Numbered from the stretch's first letter, positions 22,001 to 37,692 are shown. The stretch is 64,000 nt of DNA from Phaeosaccion multiseriatum (GCA_965112735.1 OZ218965.1:1178001-1242000), one strand, 5' to 3'. Translations and numbers: made by a program. Notes: generated by a model from the letters alone, not told the origin.

Positions 22001-24165
22001 CGGAGGTGGTTGAATTGACTGAATACCTTCCTTACCTGCGCCTCAAGCGACCTCAGGGCCACGTAGATCTGACTCAGCGTTGGTGCCCTCTCCACCAGCG
22101 AGCGCCACCTCCAGCGCTGACCACTGCTCACTCCTCCCTCACTCCTACGGCCCACCCAGTTCAGCTGGTAGAGGGGGGAGGTATGGGGTGAGGAGAGAGA
22201 GGGGAGGGACGAGAGAGGGAAGCGGGGGGGGGGTGAGATGGAAGAGGACAAGAGATGAGAGAGATGGGAGGAGGAGAGAGGGGGAGAGAGTGGTAGAGAC
22301 AGAGAGATGCACAGACAAGAAGAAAAACAGGGAGAGAAAGAGAAGAGAGAGGGAGAGAGAGAGAGAGAGCGAGAGAGAGAGAGCGAGAGAGAAGGCAAGA
22401 GACGAAAGAGACGGCCGACAGGCCACGCCACGTGTCGCCATCCCCCTTGTCCCCTCCTCTCCCCTCTCCCCCTGCTGAGCACAGACAGCGCAAGAGCGCA
22501 TGCCCATACACCTCCGCCTGAGCCCCCCCGGGGAACCTCCCAACTGCCTCCGTTACCTGCAGTACGATATCTGTGAGTGCGAGTTGGTTCTCCAGCTCCA
22601 GCAGCAACTCCCTCAGCTCCTTGACTGAGTGCGCCACTGACGCTTGCCTCCGCCCCGCGATAGAGGACCCCCCCCCGGTGCTGGTGAGGGTGTCCGCGGC
22701 GGCTTGCTCCTGCTCGCTCAAGGGCGCCAGATGGCAGTGCACGGCTCGGAGACGCCAGGCCTGCCGCCGCTTCCCTGCGAGGGGAAAACAAAGCCAATAG
22801 ACGTAAGGCAAGCAGTAGACAAGCATAAGACAAGGAGTAAGGCCATAGGTACCTAAAAGCTACAATGAGTTACACCACTCACAAATGAAAGAGGGAGAGA
22901 GAGAGGAGAGAGCTGACTGACTGACTGACTGACTGTCTGACTGACTGACTGACTGACTGACTGACTGACTGACTGATTCACTGACTGACTCACTGACTCA
23001 CTGACTGACTGACTGACTGACTGACTGACGGACTGACGGACTGACTTGACACGTTGTACTGACTGACTTGACACGTTGTACTGACTGACTTGACACGTTG
23101 TACTGACTGACTTGACACGTTGTATTGACTGACTGACTGACTCACTGACTGACTGACTTACTGACTCACTGGCTGACTCACTGACTGACTGACTGACTGA
23201 CTGTCTGACTGACTGACTGACTGACTGACTGACTGACTGACTGACTGACTGACTGACTGACCTTGGTTGGGGTCGGGCTGCCCCTCAGCCGCCTGTGCGT
23301 ACGTCCAATCTGGGCCCAAAATGTCTCTGTGATTGAGGGCAGACTCCAGATGCAGCAAGTGCCCCTGCACAAACCGTACACCTGATGGGATGTGTGGGGA
23401 TGGCAGTGGATGGGATGGGATGGGATGGGATGGCAGTGGATGTGATGGGTCCCGATGGAGACAGACGCAGGGGCGAGGCACGGCGAAGCACATGGTTAAA
23501 CCCTTCCAACATCAGGCAAGATCAGGCAAGGGGGGGGGAGAGGGAGGAGGGGAAGGGGCAAAGAGGTGGAGAGAGAGCGCGCGAGAGGCGACACGAATAG
23601 CCGAGACACTCGTCATGCGGCAAAGGCCCTCAAAGGGGAGCCGCAGTTGGTGATACAACCGCAGCGTTCAGGCCAGCAGGAGAGGGAGGGGAAGGAGGGG
23701 AGGGGTAAGCAAACAACGCACCGCCTCTCCCCAGAAAGAAAGTCAGTACATGCAGCAGCAGTAGCATAGCATAGCATAGGACAGGTCGCTATACGTACGA
23801 GTTACGTAAGGATTGCAAAGCAAGAACGCACAGCCCTACCCAGTAGCATGAGATATAGAAGGTTACGTATGAGTTACGTAAGGAATGTTAAGCAAGAACG
23901 CACAGCCCTATCCAGTAGCACGAGATATAGATGGTTACGTAGGAGTTAAGTAAGGAATGCAAAGCAAGAAGGCATAGCCTTACCTCCAGGCATGGCGGAG
24001 GCCTCCTCCACCTCCACTCCGTACGTCGTCATGGGCTGCGCAGGGGGCACAGTGGAGGCATATGGTGGACGTTACAGGACGTTACATACAGGGTATGCAT
24101 GTTAGGGGTATGCTACCACTACTGCCACTACCCCTGCCATTGCTGCTACTGCTACTACAACAACA

Positions 24166-24234
<69 letters not shown>

Positions 24235-27200
24235 GCTACTATGACTGCTGCTACGACTGCTACCTACTGCCAGTGCCACTTCTCTTCTTCCTCCTGCTCC
24301 TCCTCCTCCTCTTCCTCCTCCCCTCCTCCTTCTCCTTCTCCTGCTCCTCCTCCTGTTGACTTGATAGAGTAGGCGGCCGAAGCCTCGTGGTATGGAGATG
24401 CCCAACATACCTCTATATCCTATACCCCGTACGTATGCCTCTAACCTATGCCGGCCCCATATACCTCTAACCTATACCCCATATGCCTCTCACCTTGACG
24501 GAGTAGGCAGCGGAGGCCATATGAAAGCCGGGCATGGGGATTCTCCTCAGCACGTGCAGCGTGAGCACCTTGCCCTTCTCCGAAAGGTTGTGCTGTCGAA
24601 GGGCCTGCGCCAGCTGGAATGGCAGCTCCGCCACATGCCCCTGTTGGTGATACAGCCAGCAGCAGCAGCCGTAGTTGGTGATACAGCAGTAGGGGGGCGC
24701 CAAGACAAAGACCCAATGCAATAAAGCAGGACAACGCCAGACGTGTGCACCCACCCACGCACGCACCCACGCACGCCCCCACGCACGCACCCACGCACGC
24801 ACCCACGCACTCACCTCCACGGCCACCACCTCGTCTTTGGTCTGCACCCCTGCCTGTAGCGAAGGATTCACCACCCCTGAAGGGGGGCACGCACGCATGC
24901 ACACACGCACACACACACACACACAGGCACAGGCAGACGCACACACACACATATACATACACACACAGAGGGAGAGACAGAGAGAAGGGTTAGGGCCATG
25001 GAGGGAGCGACACACACAGGGGCTGCCGGAGTAGGGTACGGCGGGACGGGGTGGATCCACTCACTCACACCCACTCACACCCACTCACACCCAATCACAC
25101 CCACTCATTCATACCCACTCATTCATACCCACTCTCGCATCCGCTCACACGCACTCACACGCACTCATTCATACCCACTCTCGCATCCGCTCACACGCAC
25201 TCACACGCACTCATTCATACCCACTCTCGCATCCGCTCACACGCACTCACACGCACTCATTCATACCCACTCTCGCATCCGCTCACACGCACTCACACCC
25301 ACTCATTCATACCCACTCTCGCATCCGCTCACACTCACTCATTCACACCCACTCATTCATACCCACTCTCGCATCCGCTCACACGCACTCACACCCACTC
25401 ATTCATACCCACTCTCGCATCCGCTCACACGCACTCACACCCACTCATTCATACCCACTCTCGCATCCGCTCACACGCACTCACACCCACTCATTCATAC
25501 CCACTCTCGCATCCGCTCACACGCACTCACACCCACTCATTCATACCCACTCTCGCATCCGCTCACACGCACTCACACCCACTCATTCATACCCACTCTC
25601 GCATCCGCTCACACTCACTCACACGCACTCATTCATACCCACTCTCGCATCCGCTCACACGCACTCACACCCACTCATTCATACCCACTCTCGCATCCGC
25701 TCACACGCACTCACACCCACCCACACCCACTCACACTCACCCACACCCACACTCACTCACACCCACTCACACCCACTCACACCCACCACCCACACACACG
25801 CACTCACACGCACTCATTCATACCCACTCTCGCATCCGCTCACACGCACTCACACGCACTCATTGATACCCACTCTCGCATCCGCTCACACTCACTCACA
25901 CCCACTCATTCATACCCACTCTCGCATCCGCTCACACGCACTCACACCCACTCATTCATACCCACTCTCGCATCCGCTCACACGCACTCACACCCACCCA
26001 CACCCACTCACACTCACCCACACCCACACTGACTCACACCCACTCACACCCACTCACACCCACCACCCACACACACGCACTCACACCCACACCCACTCAC
26101 ACCCACGCACACCCACCCACTCACACTCACTCACACCCACTCTTAGCCACTCACACCTACTCACACCCACTCACATCCACCCACACCCACTCACACCCAC
26201 TCTTACCCACTCTTACCCACTCACAGCCACTCTTACCCACTCACACCCACTCTTACCCACTCACACCCACTCTTACCCACTCACACCCACTCTTACCCAC
26301 TCTTACCCACTCTACTCACCGTAGCCCATTGGCGTGTGCTCTGTCACGACAACGCCGCCCCTCGTGACACCCAACCCGATGCCCAATCCCTGACCCTGGG
26401 GGTACACAGTCAGGTCCATGCACCTCATCTGAGTGTTGCTGTAGCGAGTGCAGCTGTAGTCCCGGTCGATGGGGCTGTTGTAGCGATCGGTCTGTCCGAG
26501 CTTGAGGTCTGGGGAGAGAGGCCCGCCGAGCTCCAGGGGCGGGGTCAGCTCGTATGGCTTCGACATTAGGTCTGGGAAGGAAAGGAAAGGAAAGGAAAGG
26601 GAAGGGAAGGGAAGGGAAGGGAAGGGAAGGGAAGGGAACGGAAGTGAAGGGAAGGGACGGAAAGGGAAGGAAAGGGAAGGAAAGGTAAGGGAAGTGAAGG
26701 GACGAAGAGAAAGTCGGGATGGAAGGGATGGAGAGAAGGAATGGAGAGAAGAGACAGATCGAAAGGGAGAGGGCATTGGGTGGGGTAGGGTGGGGTGGGG
26801 TGGGGTGGGGTGACTTACGAATTCACTTAGGGATGTACGTGTAGTGACCTTTCGTTTTACACACAACTGGCATGCCACTGACAGTCACAGACACTCAACA
26901 CTCACACTGAAACTCACACCCACACTGACACTGAAACCACACTCACACTCACACTCACACTCACACAACACTGACACTGACCAGAGCAGTAGAGACCAAG
27001 GAGGGTGCGTTGGTTAGAGACGCTAAAGCCCGCCGCGTTGAGCTCCGCACGCACGGCCTCGCGCTGACGAAGCTCCTTCTCCCGAGACTTGAAAGGAAGG
27101 GGGGGGGGGGGGGGGCAAGGGAAGGGTCAGGAGGTAAGGGGGGGGCAAGGGAAGGGTCAGGAGGTAAGGGGGGGGGCAAGGGAAGGGTCAGGAGGTAAGG

Positions 27201-30200
27201 GGGGGGGCAAGGGAAGGGTCAGGAGGTAAGGGGGGGGGCTCTCTATTGCTGCTCTCTCTCTCTCTCTCTCTCTCTGCCTAGCCATCTCTCTCTAAATCCC
27301 TCTCTCCCTCTCTCTCCCTCACCTTGGCCCCCTCCAGCTCTCCCCCTGCATTGAGTATGTCAATGGCGCGTTGCTGCTCATCCTCGTCAGCAGCCATGAG
27401 CTCGTCCTGACTGAGGCCCAGCACTGAGCTGAGGTAGTCATTGAGGAGGGTCTTGAGATGGCGCTCCCGCTGCCCCCGCCTGTCCAGCCAGTTGTAGAGC
27501 TGCAGCAGGTCACGCACGTCGTTGAACACGTACCACTCGCCTATGGACGGCAGCAGATGGCAACAGATGGCAACAGAGGGACAGCAGAGGGACCGCAGAG
27601 GGACGGCAGAGGGAAAGCGGAGGGGCCAAGGCCCAAACCAAGCCAAGCCAAGGCCGAGCAGATGGCAGCAGATGGACACCACGGCACAAAGAAGGGGAGT
27701 ACCAGAGCAGAACAAAGGAGAGGAGATGAGAGAAGTGCGCGTGAGCTCCATCACATCACCACAGCCGGTGGTGCTATAGCTGTTGGTGCTACAGCCGCAG
27801 TGTACGCCAACCTGAGGCAGCGCGGAGTGACTCGTCCCAATGCATGGCACATTGCAACACCCACTCACTCACTCACTCATTCACTCACTCACTCACTCGC
27901 TCACTCACTCACTCGCTCACCCACCCACTCACCCACTCACTCACTCACCCACTCAATCACCCACTCACCCACTTACTCACTCGCGCACTCACTCACCCAC
28001 CCACTCACCCACTCACTCACTCACTCAACTTACCAACTCACTCACTAACCCACTCACTCATTCTCCCACTCACCCACTCACTCACTCATTCACTCCTCTC
28101 CCCCTCCCTCCCCCCCTCCCTCCCTCCCTCTCACCTCCTCTTGACGCGACATAGAGGCGGGGATCTGCCTCCCTGTCAAGCAACCAGTACTGGCGCCAAT
28201 CGCGATCTGTGCCCAGAGGAACAAGACGGGTGGTGAGCTTGGCGAGCTGACGTTGCACCTGAGAGGAGAGATGACGGGGGGGGGGGCGAGAGCAGGAGCG
28301 GGCGGATTGCATTGCATGGGTTACAAGACATGAGGATAATATGATAATGTTGCATAATGTGCATGCTCTGCTCCACAAAAAGAGAAGCTCTTGCGCATGC
28401 GTCGCACTCCATCCCATCCCGTGGCAAGACACGCTCTCTCCCTCCCTCTCCCTCCCTTCCTCTCCCTCCCTCCCTCCCTTCCTCTCCCTCCCTCTCACCC
28501 TCTCCCTCCCTCCCTCCCCCACCCCCCCCACCCCTGAACCCAACCTACCTGTGCCTCCGCCACGTCGGAGACAGTGAGTTCCTCAAGCACCCGCAGCTCC
28601 TCTACCCTCTGCGCCGCCCCTGTGAGGGGCACCCCGCCCTCAGGCTGCAGCTCCTGCTCCCTGACCCTGGCCTTGGCCAGCGCCTTGAGCTCTCTGTCTC
28701 GCTTGTCCGTGGCGGCCTTTGCAAGTAAGATGCGCTCCATCAGCTGCTCCACCTGCCGGGGGGAAAGAAAAAAGAAAGTTGTTTTGAGTTTCAGTTGCAT
28801 GGTTCAGTTTCCGTTTCAGTTTGAGCTTGAGTTTGAGTTTCAACCCCCCCAATAGACCACTTGACCAAGGTGGCTTGCCTCTCTATGTATATATGCCAGG
28901 CAGGTCAACCAACCCAACCTCGCCGTCTCCAAACGAAGCCACCATCCTGCTCCCTCCTCCCTCCCCTCTCCCGTCCCTCCCTCTCTCTCTCTCCTCTCCC
29001 GTCCCTCCCTCTCTCTCTCTCTCTCCCCTCTCCCGTCCCTCCCTCTCTCTCTCTCTGTGTGTGTCTCTAACCGGCGCACCCACCTGCTTGCTCGCCAGCA
29101 CCTCATCTAGGAGCCATTTAAGCACTCGCACCCGCATGGTCACGCTCCACCTGCCATAATCCACTGTTCCCATCACCCACAGCACCATCCGCCAGTCGAA
29201 GGTTGCCGCGTCGAGATTCGCCCCCGCCCCCCCGCCTGCCTTGACAGCTGCGTCTTGCTCGCCGTGCTGCTGCTGCTCCATCAACTTTTCCATCTCCTCC
29301 TGCTGCTGTATCGCCAACTGCTGCTGCTTCTGCTGCTCCCCCTGCTGCCGGTGGTGTTTCTTCTGCTGCTGTATCACCAACTGCTGCTGTACCACCAACT
29401 GCTGCTGTATCTCTGCATCCATACGCTGCTGCATGGCCTCTAACTTGGTGATCGGCTTGACCACCTTCTCCTTGTAATAAACATTAAACTCCTCGAGCAG
29501 TGCCTGGCAGTTCTCCGCCGCTGGTGAGTCATCTCCATACAAGGCCTTGGCGTGCTCGAGGAGGAGGGACATGTCACTGGCCAGGCCTTCGTGGCCCTTT
29601 CTCTTGCTGCAGCGAGGGAGAGGAGAAAGGGGAGAGGGGGGAAAGGAGGGAGAGAGGAGTAAGGGTGAGGGGGAGGGGGAGGGGGAGGGTGAAGGTGAGG
29701 GTCAGGGTGAGGGTGAAGGTGAGGGTGAGAGTGAGGGTGAGAGTGAGAGAGAGAACGAGAGTGAGGGAAAGGGAAAGAGAAGAGTGGTGGGTGAGGGTGA
29801 GGGTGAGGGTGAAAGTGAGGGGGAGGATGAAGGTGAGGGTGAGAGGGTGACAGTGAGGGCAAGGGTGAGGGTGAGTGTGGGAGTGATAGTGAGAGTGAGG
29901 GAAAGGGAAAGAAAAGGGTGGTGAGGGTGAGAGTGAAGGTGAGCGTGAAGGTGAGGGTGGGGGGAGGGTGAGTGTGAGAGTAAGGTGGGGGTGAGGGTGA
30001 GGGTGAGGGTACGGGTGAGGGTGAGAGTGAGGGTGGGTGTGAGGGTGCGGGAGGGTAGGCAGCAGGGAAGCAGCAGGGAGGGCAGCTGACACAGTGAAAC
30101 AACATTCGGTTTCCGGTTCGACGCAATGAGCAACAGCGGGAGGCTTCAGGGGGCATCAGGCTACGGCAAAAGAGATGCGATGGCTTCTCCTCTCCGGGCT

Positions 30201-32786
30201 CGAGAGAGCCGTACATACCTGGTGCTCGGAGCTAGGCGAGGTGGTGCCTCTTCCTTCTCCTTGTCCTCTCCCTCATCCTCCTCCTTCTTCCCCTCCTCCT
30301 TCTCCTCCTCCTCCTCCTTCTCCTTCTTCTTCTCCTCCTCCACCTTCTTCTTCTTGATCTTCTTCGTGTCGCTGCCCTCCTCCTTGTCCCCCTCATCTTC
30401 GGTGCCCTTACCCTCTTTTTCTTGCTCCTCCTCGCCCCCACTCTCATCCTCCTCCTTCTTCCCCTCTCTGGCCACCTTCCTCCCATCCCCTGCTACATCC
30501 TTACTATCAACCTCTGTCGCCTCTGCTGCATCCTTGTTCTCCAATGCCCCCTTCCCTGCTGCCGCTGGCGTCGCTTCCCGCAGGGGATCAACAGCAGCCC
30601 CAGCTGCTGCTGCCCCCTCATCCTCATCGCCTGCCTTCTTGTTATCCTCACCCTCATCCTTCTCCCTATGCACACCATCTCCTCCTTCTACCCCACCCTC
30701 TCCACCCCCCTCCAGATCTGCGCACGCGTCGTACCACCCATTACCGAGTCTCTCCAAGATAACGCACAACGTCACAGCCTCCCCCAAGGGCCGCAATCGC
30801 TTCTCTACCTTCACCTCCTCCACTGGTAACAGCACCTCCCCACCCTCCCCACCCCCTCCCGCCGCTGCCTCCACCTCCACCTTGGCCCCTTGTTCCACCT
30901 TGACCGTCGACGCCACCGGCCACTCCAACGCCGCATGTTCCGCTGCCTGCTCCTCCTCGATCCTCTCCCTCGCGTCTGCCGCCTCTGCCTCTAGCACGGG
31001 CCTCGCATCCGCCGTCGTCGCCAGAAAGCGCACCAACCGCTCCGCCTCTCCGAGAGGGAACACATGTTGCGCCAAGAGGCACTGCTCGAGCTCACGGGAG
31101 GAAGCGGAAACCTCTGTCACAACCTCCTCTCCCTCCCCAGCCTCCCCAGGGGGGCTCTTGTGGTTGTGTGTTCTGCTGTAAATGCCCTCCGTGGCGAAGC
31201 CCTTGGACAGGACCCCCGTTTGATGCAAGAGGAGCAGCCGAGCCATCTGTGAGTGAAAGAGGAGGGCACAGCAGAGACATCATGCGGGCAGAGCAGCGCA
31301 GAGGTGGCGGAGGGGCAGCACAGCAAGGGGGGGGGTCAGAGACGCTGTTGCATGGGGCGACTCTTTCTCCGAAGGCGGGGACTATCAAAGCATACGCGCA
31401 CACACGCACACACACACACACACACACACCTACACACACATACATCACCCCTCCCCTTCTCCTCACCTCGACCCAGCCCGTTGGAGAGGCCCTAAAGAGG
31501 GCGTCACTGCCGTACAGCCCAGGCAGCACTGTCGAAGGTGCCCCTTCCTCATACTCCGTCACAAGTGCCTCTTCGTCCTTAGGCTCCCTCTCCCGAGGGG
31601 CGCCAGCAGCCAACCCCGGGGTGGCAGCCCCCCCCCCGGGGGCGCCATGTTGCCCTCCCCCCGCAGCGAGAGCGAGGGTCAGGGCCAGACTCCCTTGCTG
31701 CAGCACGTCGGCACCTTCCCTGCGGCCCTGGCGGATGAAAGAGATTGCCTCGGCTGCGGTCTTGCGCTGTCGAAGGCATTCCGCGGCCTCTGCGAAGAAC
31801 AGCGTTTCCCTATGGTATGGCAGTGGATGGCAGTGGGTGAGGGAGGGTTGGGAGAAGGGGGGGGGGGTGTCATGACGACAAACTTAGACCATACCATACG
31901 CCTTTCTTGCTCCCTCCCTCTCTCCGCCACCCACCTACGCCACCAGCCATATACCCACCCACCCCCAACCCAACCCACCCCACCCCCCCCCCCACTCACT
32001 CACGCACCCACGCACCCACACACGCACCCCGGCACTCACTCACCAGTACTTCTTCGAAGAGGCCTCTCCCGCTGCAAGTCCAACCCCGCCCCCTCCGTCT
32101 ACCTTGAGGGCCGCTGCCCCTCTGTAACCGCCTGCCTGTGCTGCCCCCCCACCCCTCCACCGGCCCCTCTGTCGTTCCTCCCTCGCAATCTTCCTCCTCT
32201 CGTCCTCCTCCTTCTGCTGCTGCAGGGCTCCCCACAGCAGGAAGTCCAGCAGACGGAGGTGGATGCGAGCGAGCAGGCCAGGTGCCTCCTGTGTGTGGGA
32301 AGGGAGGGGAGGGGAGGGGAGGGAGGCGCATTCAGTTTCAATTTCAACTTCAATTTCAATTTCATTCTACGCAGAAGCAAAGCTCACGCACACACACGCG
32401 CGCGCACATACACACACACGCACACACACACGCACACACACACACGCAAACGCACCTCCTCCAAGGCGTGCTCCTCCACGGGGATGGTTCTCGCGTGCTC
32501 GTCCTGACACCCCTGATCCTCGTCTTCATCCTCCTCATCCTCCACCTCCATGTCCTCCCTCAGCCCGCCAGGAAGGCCCACCCCCACCCCAGAGTTTGTA
32601 TCCGAGCTAGGGACGGCCTGGGCCTTGGTGCCCTCCTGCTTGACGTCCTTTCTTCGCCGCTTGCGCTTCCTCCTCTTGAGGATGCTGCTCTCCGGGGGGG
32701 CTCCTTCGGCTGTTGGGTGGAGAGGGAGGGATGGAGGTGGGGAGGGAGGGAGAGGGTAAACGAGGAGATTGAGCACGTGTGTGTGT

Positions 32787-32823
<37 letters not shown>

Positions 32824-35800
32824 AGGGTGGGACAGAGAGTCGCTAGGGCAAAAGGAAAGAAGGTGGAGACTCAATACTCTTCAACAGTATGGCCTCTCTC
32901 ACCATCCCCCGGGGAATGCCAGAACACACATAACTGACATACTGCCTGCCTGTCTCCCTGACTTACTGCCTGCCTGCCTCCCTGACTCACCTAGACTGTC
33001 CACCAAGCTCTGCAGGGGAAAGCGCCCTACATGCACGAGATCGCCGAACATTTCCAAGCTCGTCCACACGTTCATCACATCGCCCATGCAAGCCGGCGAC
33101 AGCACAGTGGAGGGGAAGCTGCCCTGCGCCTCATCCTGCTGCGGTGCCACCACCCCCTCCTGCCCCTCTCCCTGCTGCTGCGGTTGCACCTTCCTCTTGT
33201 GCCACGCCCTTGGTCTTGGCTTGGGCCAGGGCTTGGACACGATGCCCTGCTCCTCCATCTCCTCCCAATGAGTATCGTCCGGGATGGGGTACCGCTTCGA
33301 CTCACGCAACATACGCTCGAGTGCCTCCTTCCTGGCCTGCTCCTGCCTCAGCGCAATTTGCCTCTCCTCCAGCTCACGCTGCTTCTTCTCCGCCTTGATC
33401 TGCGCCTTCTCCTCCTGCACCCTCCTCCGTTCCTCGTCCTTGAGATCCTTCGCCTGCCGCTTCCTCTCTCTGTCGAGCTCTTGGAGCCGCTCGCGGTCCT
33501 TGTCCTTGACGTGGTTGTCACGAGTGCGTCCCTCTGTGTCTCCCGCCCCTCCCCGTGGGCCTGCCGAGTCCTGCGACGAGCCTCCTGTAGAGTGCCATCC
33601 ATTGCCATCAATTGCCATCAATTGCCATCCAACACACCATACCATCAGAGTGAGCCCAGAGAGGAGGGAGGGAGAGGAGAGAAAGAGGGGTTCAAAAGAT
33701 ACGGGTGAGAGAGAAGGACAGAGAGAGAGATGGTCACAGTGGGAGGGAGAGAGAGCAGAGCCCCCGTCAGCTTCACTTCACGAAAGGGACCGGGTACAGA
33801 CACGACAGAGGAGGGAGGAAGGGAGACTCATGTTGCGTTGCTTGGCCCACGTGCCTGCCGCACACGACATCCACTCCAATCCACTGCCAACCACGCCCCT
33901 CCCCCCCTCATTCCCTGCCATCCACTCCCTCCAGCCCTTACCCTTCTTCTGCTTGTCCGGACACCCCTCCACCAAGAAGCGCTTGTGCGCCTTGGTCCTG
34001 ACACTTTGCAGCGCCGCCTCCCCCCCACCCTCCTTCCACTGCCTTCCCTGCCGTCGCAGCTCCACAGCAAAGGCAGTCTCCAGTGCAGGCACCTCGACAT
34101 CCACTGCAATCCCCACGCCCCCCTCCACTTCCATCCCATCACAACTGGCGGCGTCTCGTTTGATGAGGAACGGTCCCATCCCCTCCAGCTGCTCCAGAAG
34201 GAACTCGTGCAGCTCTTTAGGGATGGCAGCGGATGGAGATGGCAGTGGATGAGGGGCCCGATACATAAATAGAACGATAAGGTGGATAGATAGATGGATC
34301 GAAAGATGGATGGATGGATTTATAGATACATAGATGGATCGATAGATAGATAGACAGATGGATGGATCCATAGATCGATAGAGTGTTAAAGAGAGAGAGA
34401 GTCAAGAGCCTCGGAGGGATAAGAGCGCTTTTTCCCCCGTGGACGAGGGCAGACCCCCTCCCTCCCTCCCTCCTTCCCATCCCTCCTTCCTTCCCTCCTT
34501 CCCTCCCTCCCACCCGGCAAGGGTCCCGACACCACGTAGCACACTCACCGAGCACATCCTCCACATCGCAACTGCCCATAGACTCCTTCTTGAGCTTTCC
34601 ACACAGCGCAGCAAAGCTCAGCGACGGGCCCTTGCTGAGCAGCCTGGCCACCCACCCACAGACCCTGAATTGTCTGTCAACCTCCAGACACTCCGCACTG
34701 TAGGAAGGAGAGGGCCCCACCCTGTCCCACCAGTAGCCGCCTCCGAGCTTGTACCAGGCCAGCGAGGTGACGAGCCACAGGACAGGCCGGGAGGGGACCG
34801 AGAAATCCAGGCACCAGTCCTGTTGTTGCGGGGGAGAAGAGAAGGGGTGGGGGGGGAGGGGCAGAGAAGAACGGGTAGAGAACGGTGGGTGTCAGGACAG
34901 TGGGTAGGTGGGTGTCAGGACAGGGCGAATGAGCGACTTGTCGGGTTTGGGTAGCACGGGTAATGTGGTTGGGGGGTTAAAGGGAGCGGGTGGGTCTATC
35001 TTCTACACCATGACGGATCCATCATCCTCATCCTCATCATCATCATCCTCCTCCTCCTCCTCCTCCTCCTCCTCCTCCTCTTCCTTCTTCTCTTCCTTCT
35101 TCTCCACATCCTCCTCGCCCTTCTCCTCTCTTCTTCCTCCTCCCCCCTCTTCTCCTTCTCCTTCTTCTCCTCTTCATCCACTTCCTCCTCCCCCTCCTCC
35201 TCCTCCTGCTCCTCCTCCTCCTCCTCCTCCTCCTCCTCCTCCTTGTACTACCCTATACCTCGAGATTGGTGAGCTTGACTCTCGTTGAGGCCCTCGGCGG
35301 CACTACGACGCAGCTCCCCGTGCCGGCCTTTCATGTTGGGAGGGTGAGGGTGAGGGTGAGGGTGAGGGGTCAGGGTCAGGGTCAGGGTTAGGGTGAGGGT
35401 GAGAGGTGAGAGGTGAGGGGTCAGGGTCAGGGTCAGGGTAAAGGTCAAGACCAGGGTGAGGATGAGGATGAGGGTGAGGGTGAGGGTCACAGTCGGGGTC
35501 AGGGTCAAGGTCACGGTCAGGGTCAAGATCAGGGTGAGGGTGAGGGTGAGGGTGAGGGTTACCTTCGGGTCTCTGCGCTGCGCAAACATGTCGTCCTCCT
35601 TCTTGGCGGAGGAGCGACTCGCGAACACAGCAAGGCGAAAGGAGGAACGCTCGATCCACTCGTCGAACTTCGCCTTCCATCCGTTGAAGTGCACCTGTGA
35701 GTAGAGTCGGGGCGGGTGGATGGCAGTGGATGGGGAATGGATGGCAGTGAATTGGGGGGTGGGCGCGTGGGGAGAGAGTGCACACAAGGGGCGAGAGGGG

Positions 35801-37656
35801 TGGGAGGGGAAGAGAGGGGACAAGAGAGAGGATGGGGAGAGGATGGGGAGAGGAGGGAGAGGCTCGATGAGACGCCGCCTTTCACTTTGCATTTGCGCTT
35901 GTTTGCAACAAGAGCCCCACACCCACAGAAAGAAAACGAGAGACACCACACACAGAGAAGGGAGTGAAGCCCCGCCCCCCATCCACTGCCATCCACCCCC
36001 AACCCCCACCCCCTGTCCAGCACTCCTCACACCCTCCCCCCACCCACTGCCATCCCCTCCTCCCCTCCATCCACTGCCATCCTCTCCTCCCTCTCCCCAT
36101 CCACTGCCATCCCCTCCATCAACTGCCATCCTCCCCTCCCTCCCCCCATCCACTGCCATCCCCTCCTTCCTCTCCCCCTCAACTGCCATCCGACGCCCTC
36201 TCACCTTGAGACTGCTCCCGTCCTCCGAGACCTGAGTAACGCGCGCCCCGTACCACCGATTGGTACTGGTACAGAATGTGTCCACCTTGGTCCCTACTCC
36301 AGCGGTGGCTCTGTCCAGTACATCGCCCTGTCCTCCCGTCCCCCCTCCTTCCCCTCCCTCCCCTCCCTCGCCCCCCTCGTCAAGATGGTGATCTTCGAGC
36401 ATCGGTTCGTACTTGAAAGGTTTGTCCGCTGTGTAGAGCAGCACACCCCCTGCCTGCCTCCTCCTCAACACTTGCCCCAAAGGCTCCTCCAGGGGGGCAG
36501 CACTGTCTCTCCTCCGTCGGGCCGTCTCCCTCCGAGCGCTCTCCAGGGCCTCCGCAGCACTCATGTTGTTTTCGTTATCGAGGTCCTCGAAATCGAGCTG
36601 GTCGTTAATATCAAAGTGATGCGTCCCCCCCTCCCCCAGCCGGCGTTTGGCCCTCTTCTTCTTGCTGCTGGAGCTGCTGCTGCTGCTGCCGCCCCCACCC
36701 CCCGGGGAGAGAGCCTTACGTTTCTTGGCCTTACCTGCCCCCCCCCCTCCCCCTCCTCCCCCTGCAATCCTCACCACCTCTCCGCCAAGCTTTAGTTTGA
36801 GTTTGAGTTTGAGCCCCCCGCCGCCCCCCCCTCCCTGTTGTTGGCCCTCACCGTCGTCGCCATCGCTGTCACTGCCGGCACCGCTGTCGTCTGAATCACC
36901 AACGCCTGCACCACCGCCCGCATGGCCTTCCTGCTGCTGCTGCTGCCCCCCCCCCCTCCCCTCTCGGAGGGCCTCATCCAGCTGTGCCTGAGTGTGCACG
37001 TCGAGCATTGCTACCTCCAAAGCACTGCCCGGCAGAGGAGTGCATAGCGGCTCCTAAACAATTTGAAGGCCCAGTTGGAGGGAGGGAGGGAGGAAGGAAG
37101 GGCGGGAAGGAGGGGGGGGGCGAGGTGCCAAGTGGGTGAAGGGGCCATAAGTCAGGGAGGGCGCGATGAGACGACATGTTCTGCTGGGCTTGGTTGGGTC
37201 GATCTGACCCTTCTTGGGAGGGGGGGGAGTCAATACCCTTCGCAGAGAAAGGACGTAACCGTCACCATACCTTGCCCCTGCCCCTGGCATCGATCTGCGT
37301 GAGGTGCTTGCGGGCGTCGGCCCCGTGCGGAGCCAGCACAGACCCGAAGGCCACGAGGCTCCTGCCCTTCTCCTTGCAACAGTCGAGAGCGCTCAGAGGC
37401 ACCATCACGCCATCTGAGGTGTAGAGGGAGAAGCTGTGCAGGGGTGGGGGGGATGGCAGTGGATGGAGAGGTGGTGGGATGGCATTTCATAATTCGTTTA
37501 GTCAGGGCAGGGGTGGACGGCGGGTGGGTAGCACCCCTATCTTATACACACATACATACATACAAAGTGCATACACACGTACACACAAACACACACACAT
37601 TTACACACACACACAAACACACACACACAAACACACACACACACACACACACACAC

Positions 37657-37692
<36 letters not shown>

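Noticed and set aside
24998-26324. His/Thr-rich ORFs (also 18096-18638, 41176-41952, 48647-49215, 60551-61594, 62105-62922)
   Set aside because: Translations of intronic or intergenic satellites.
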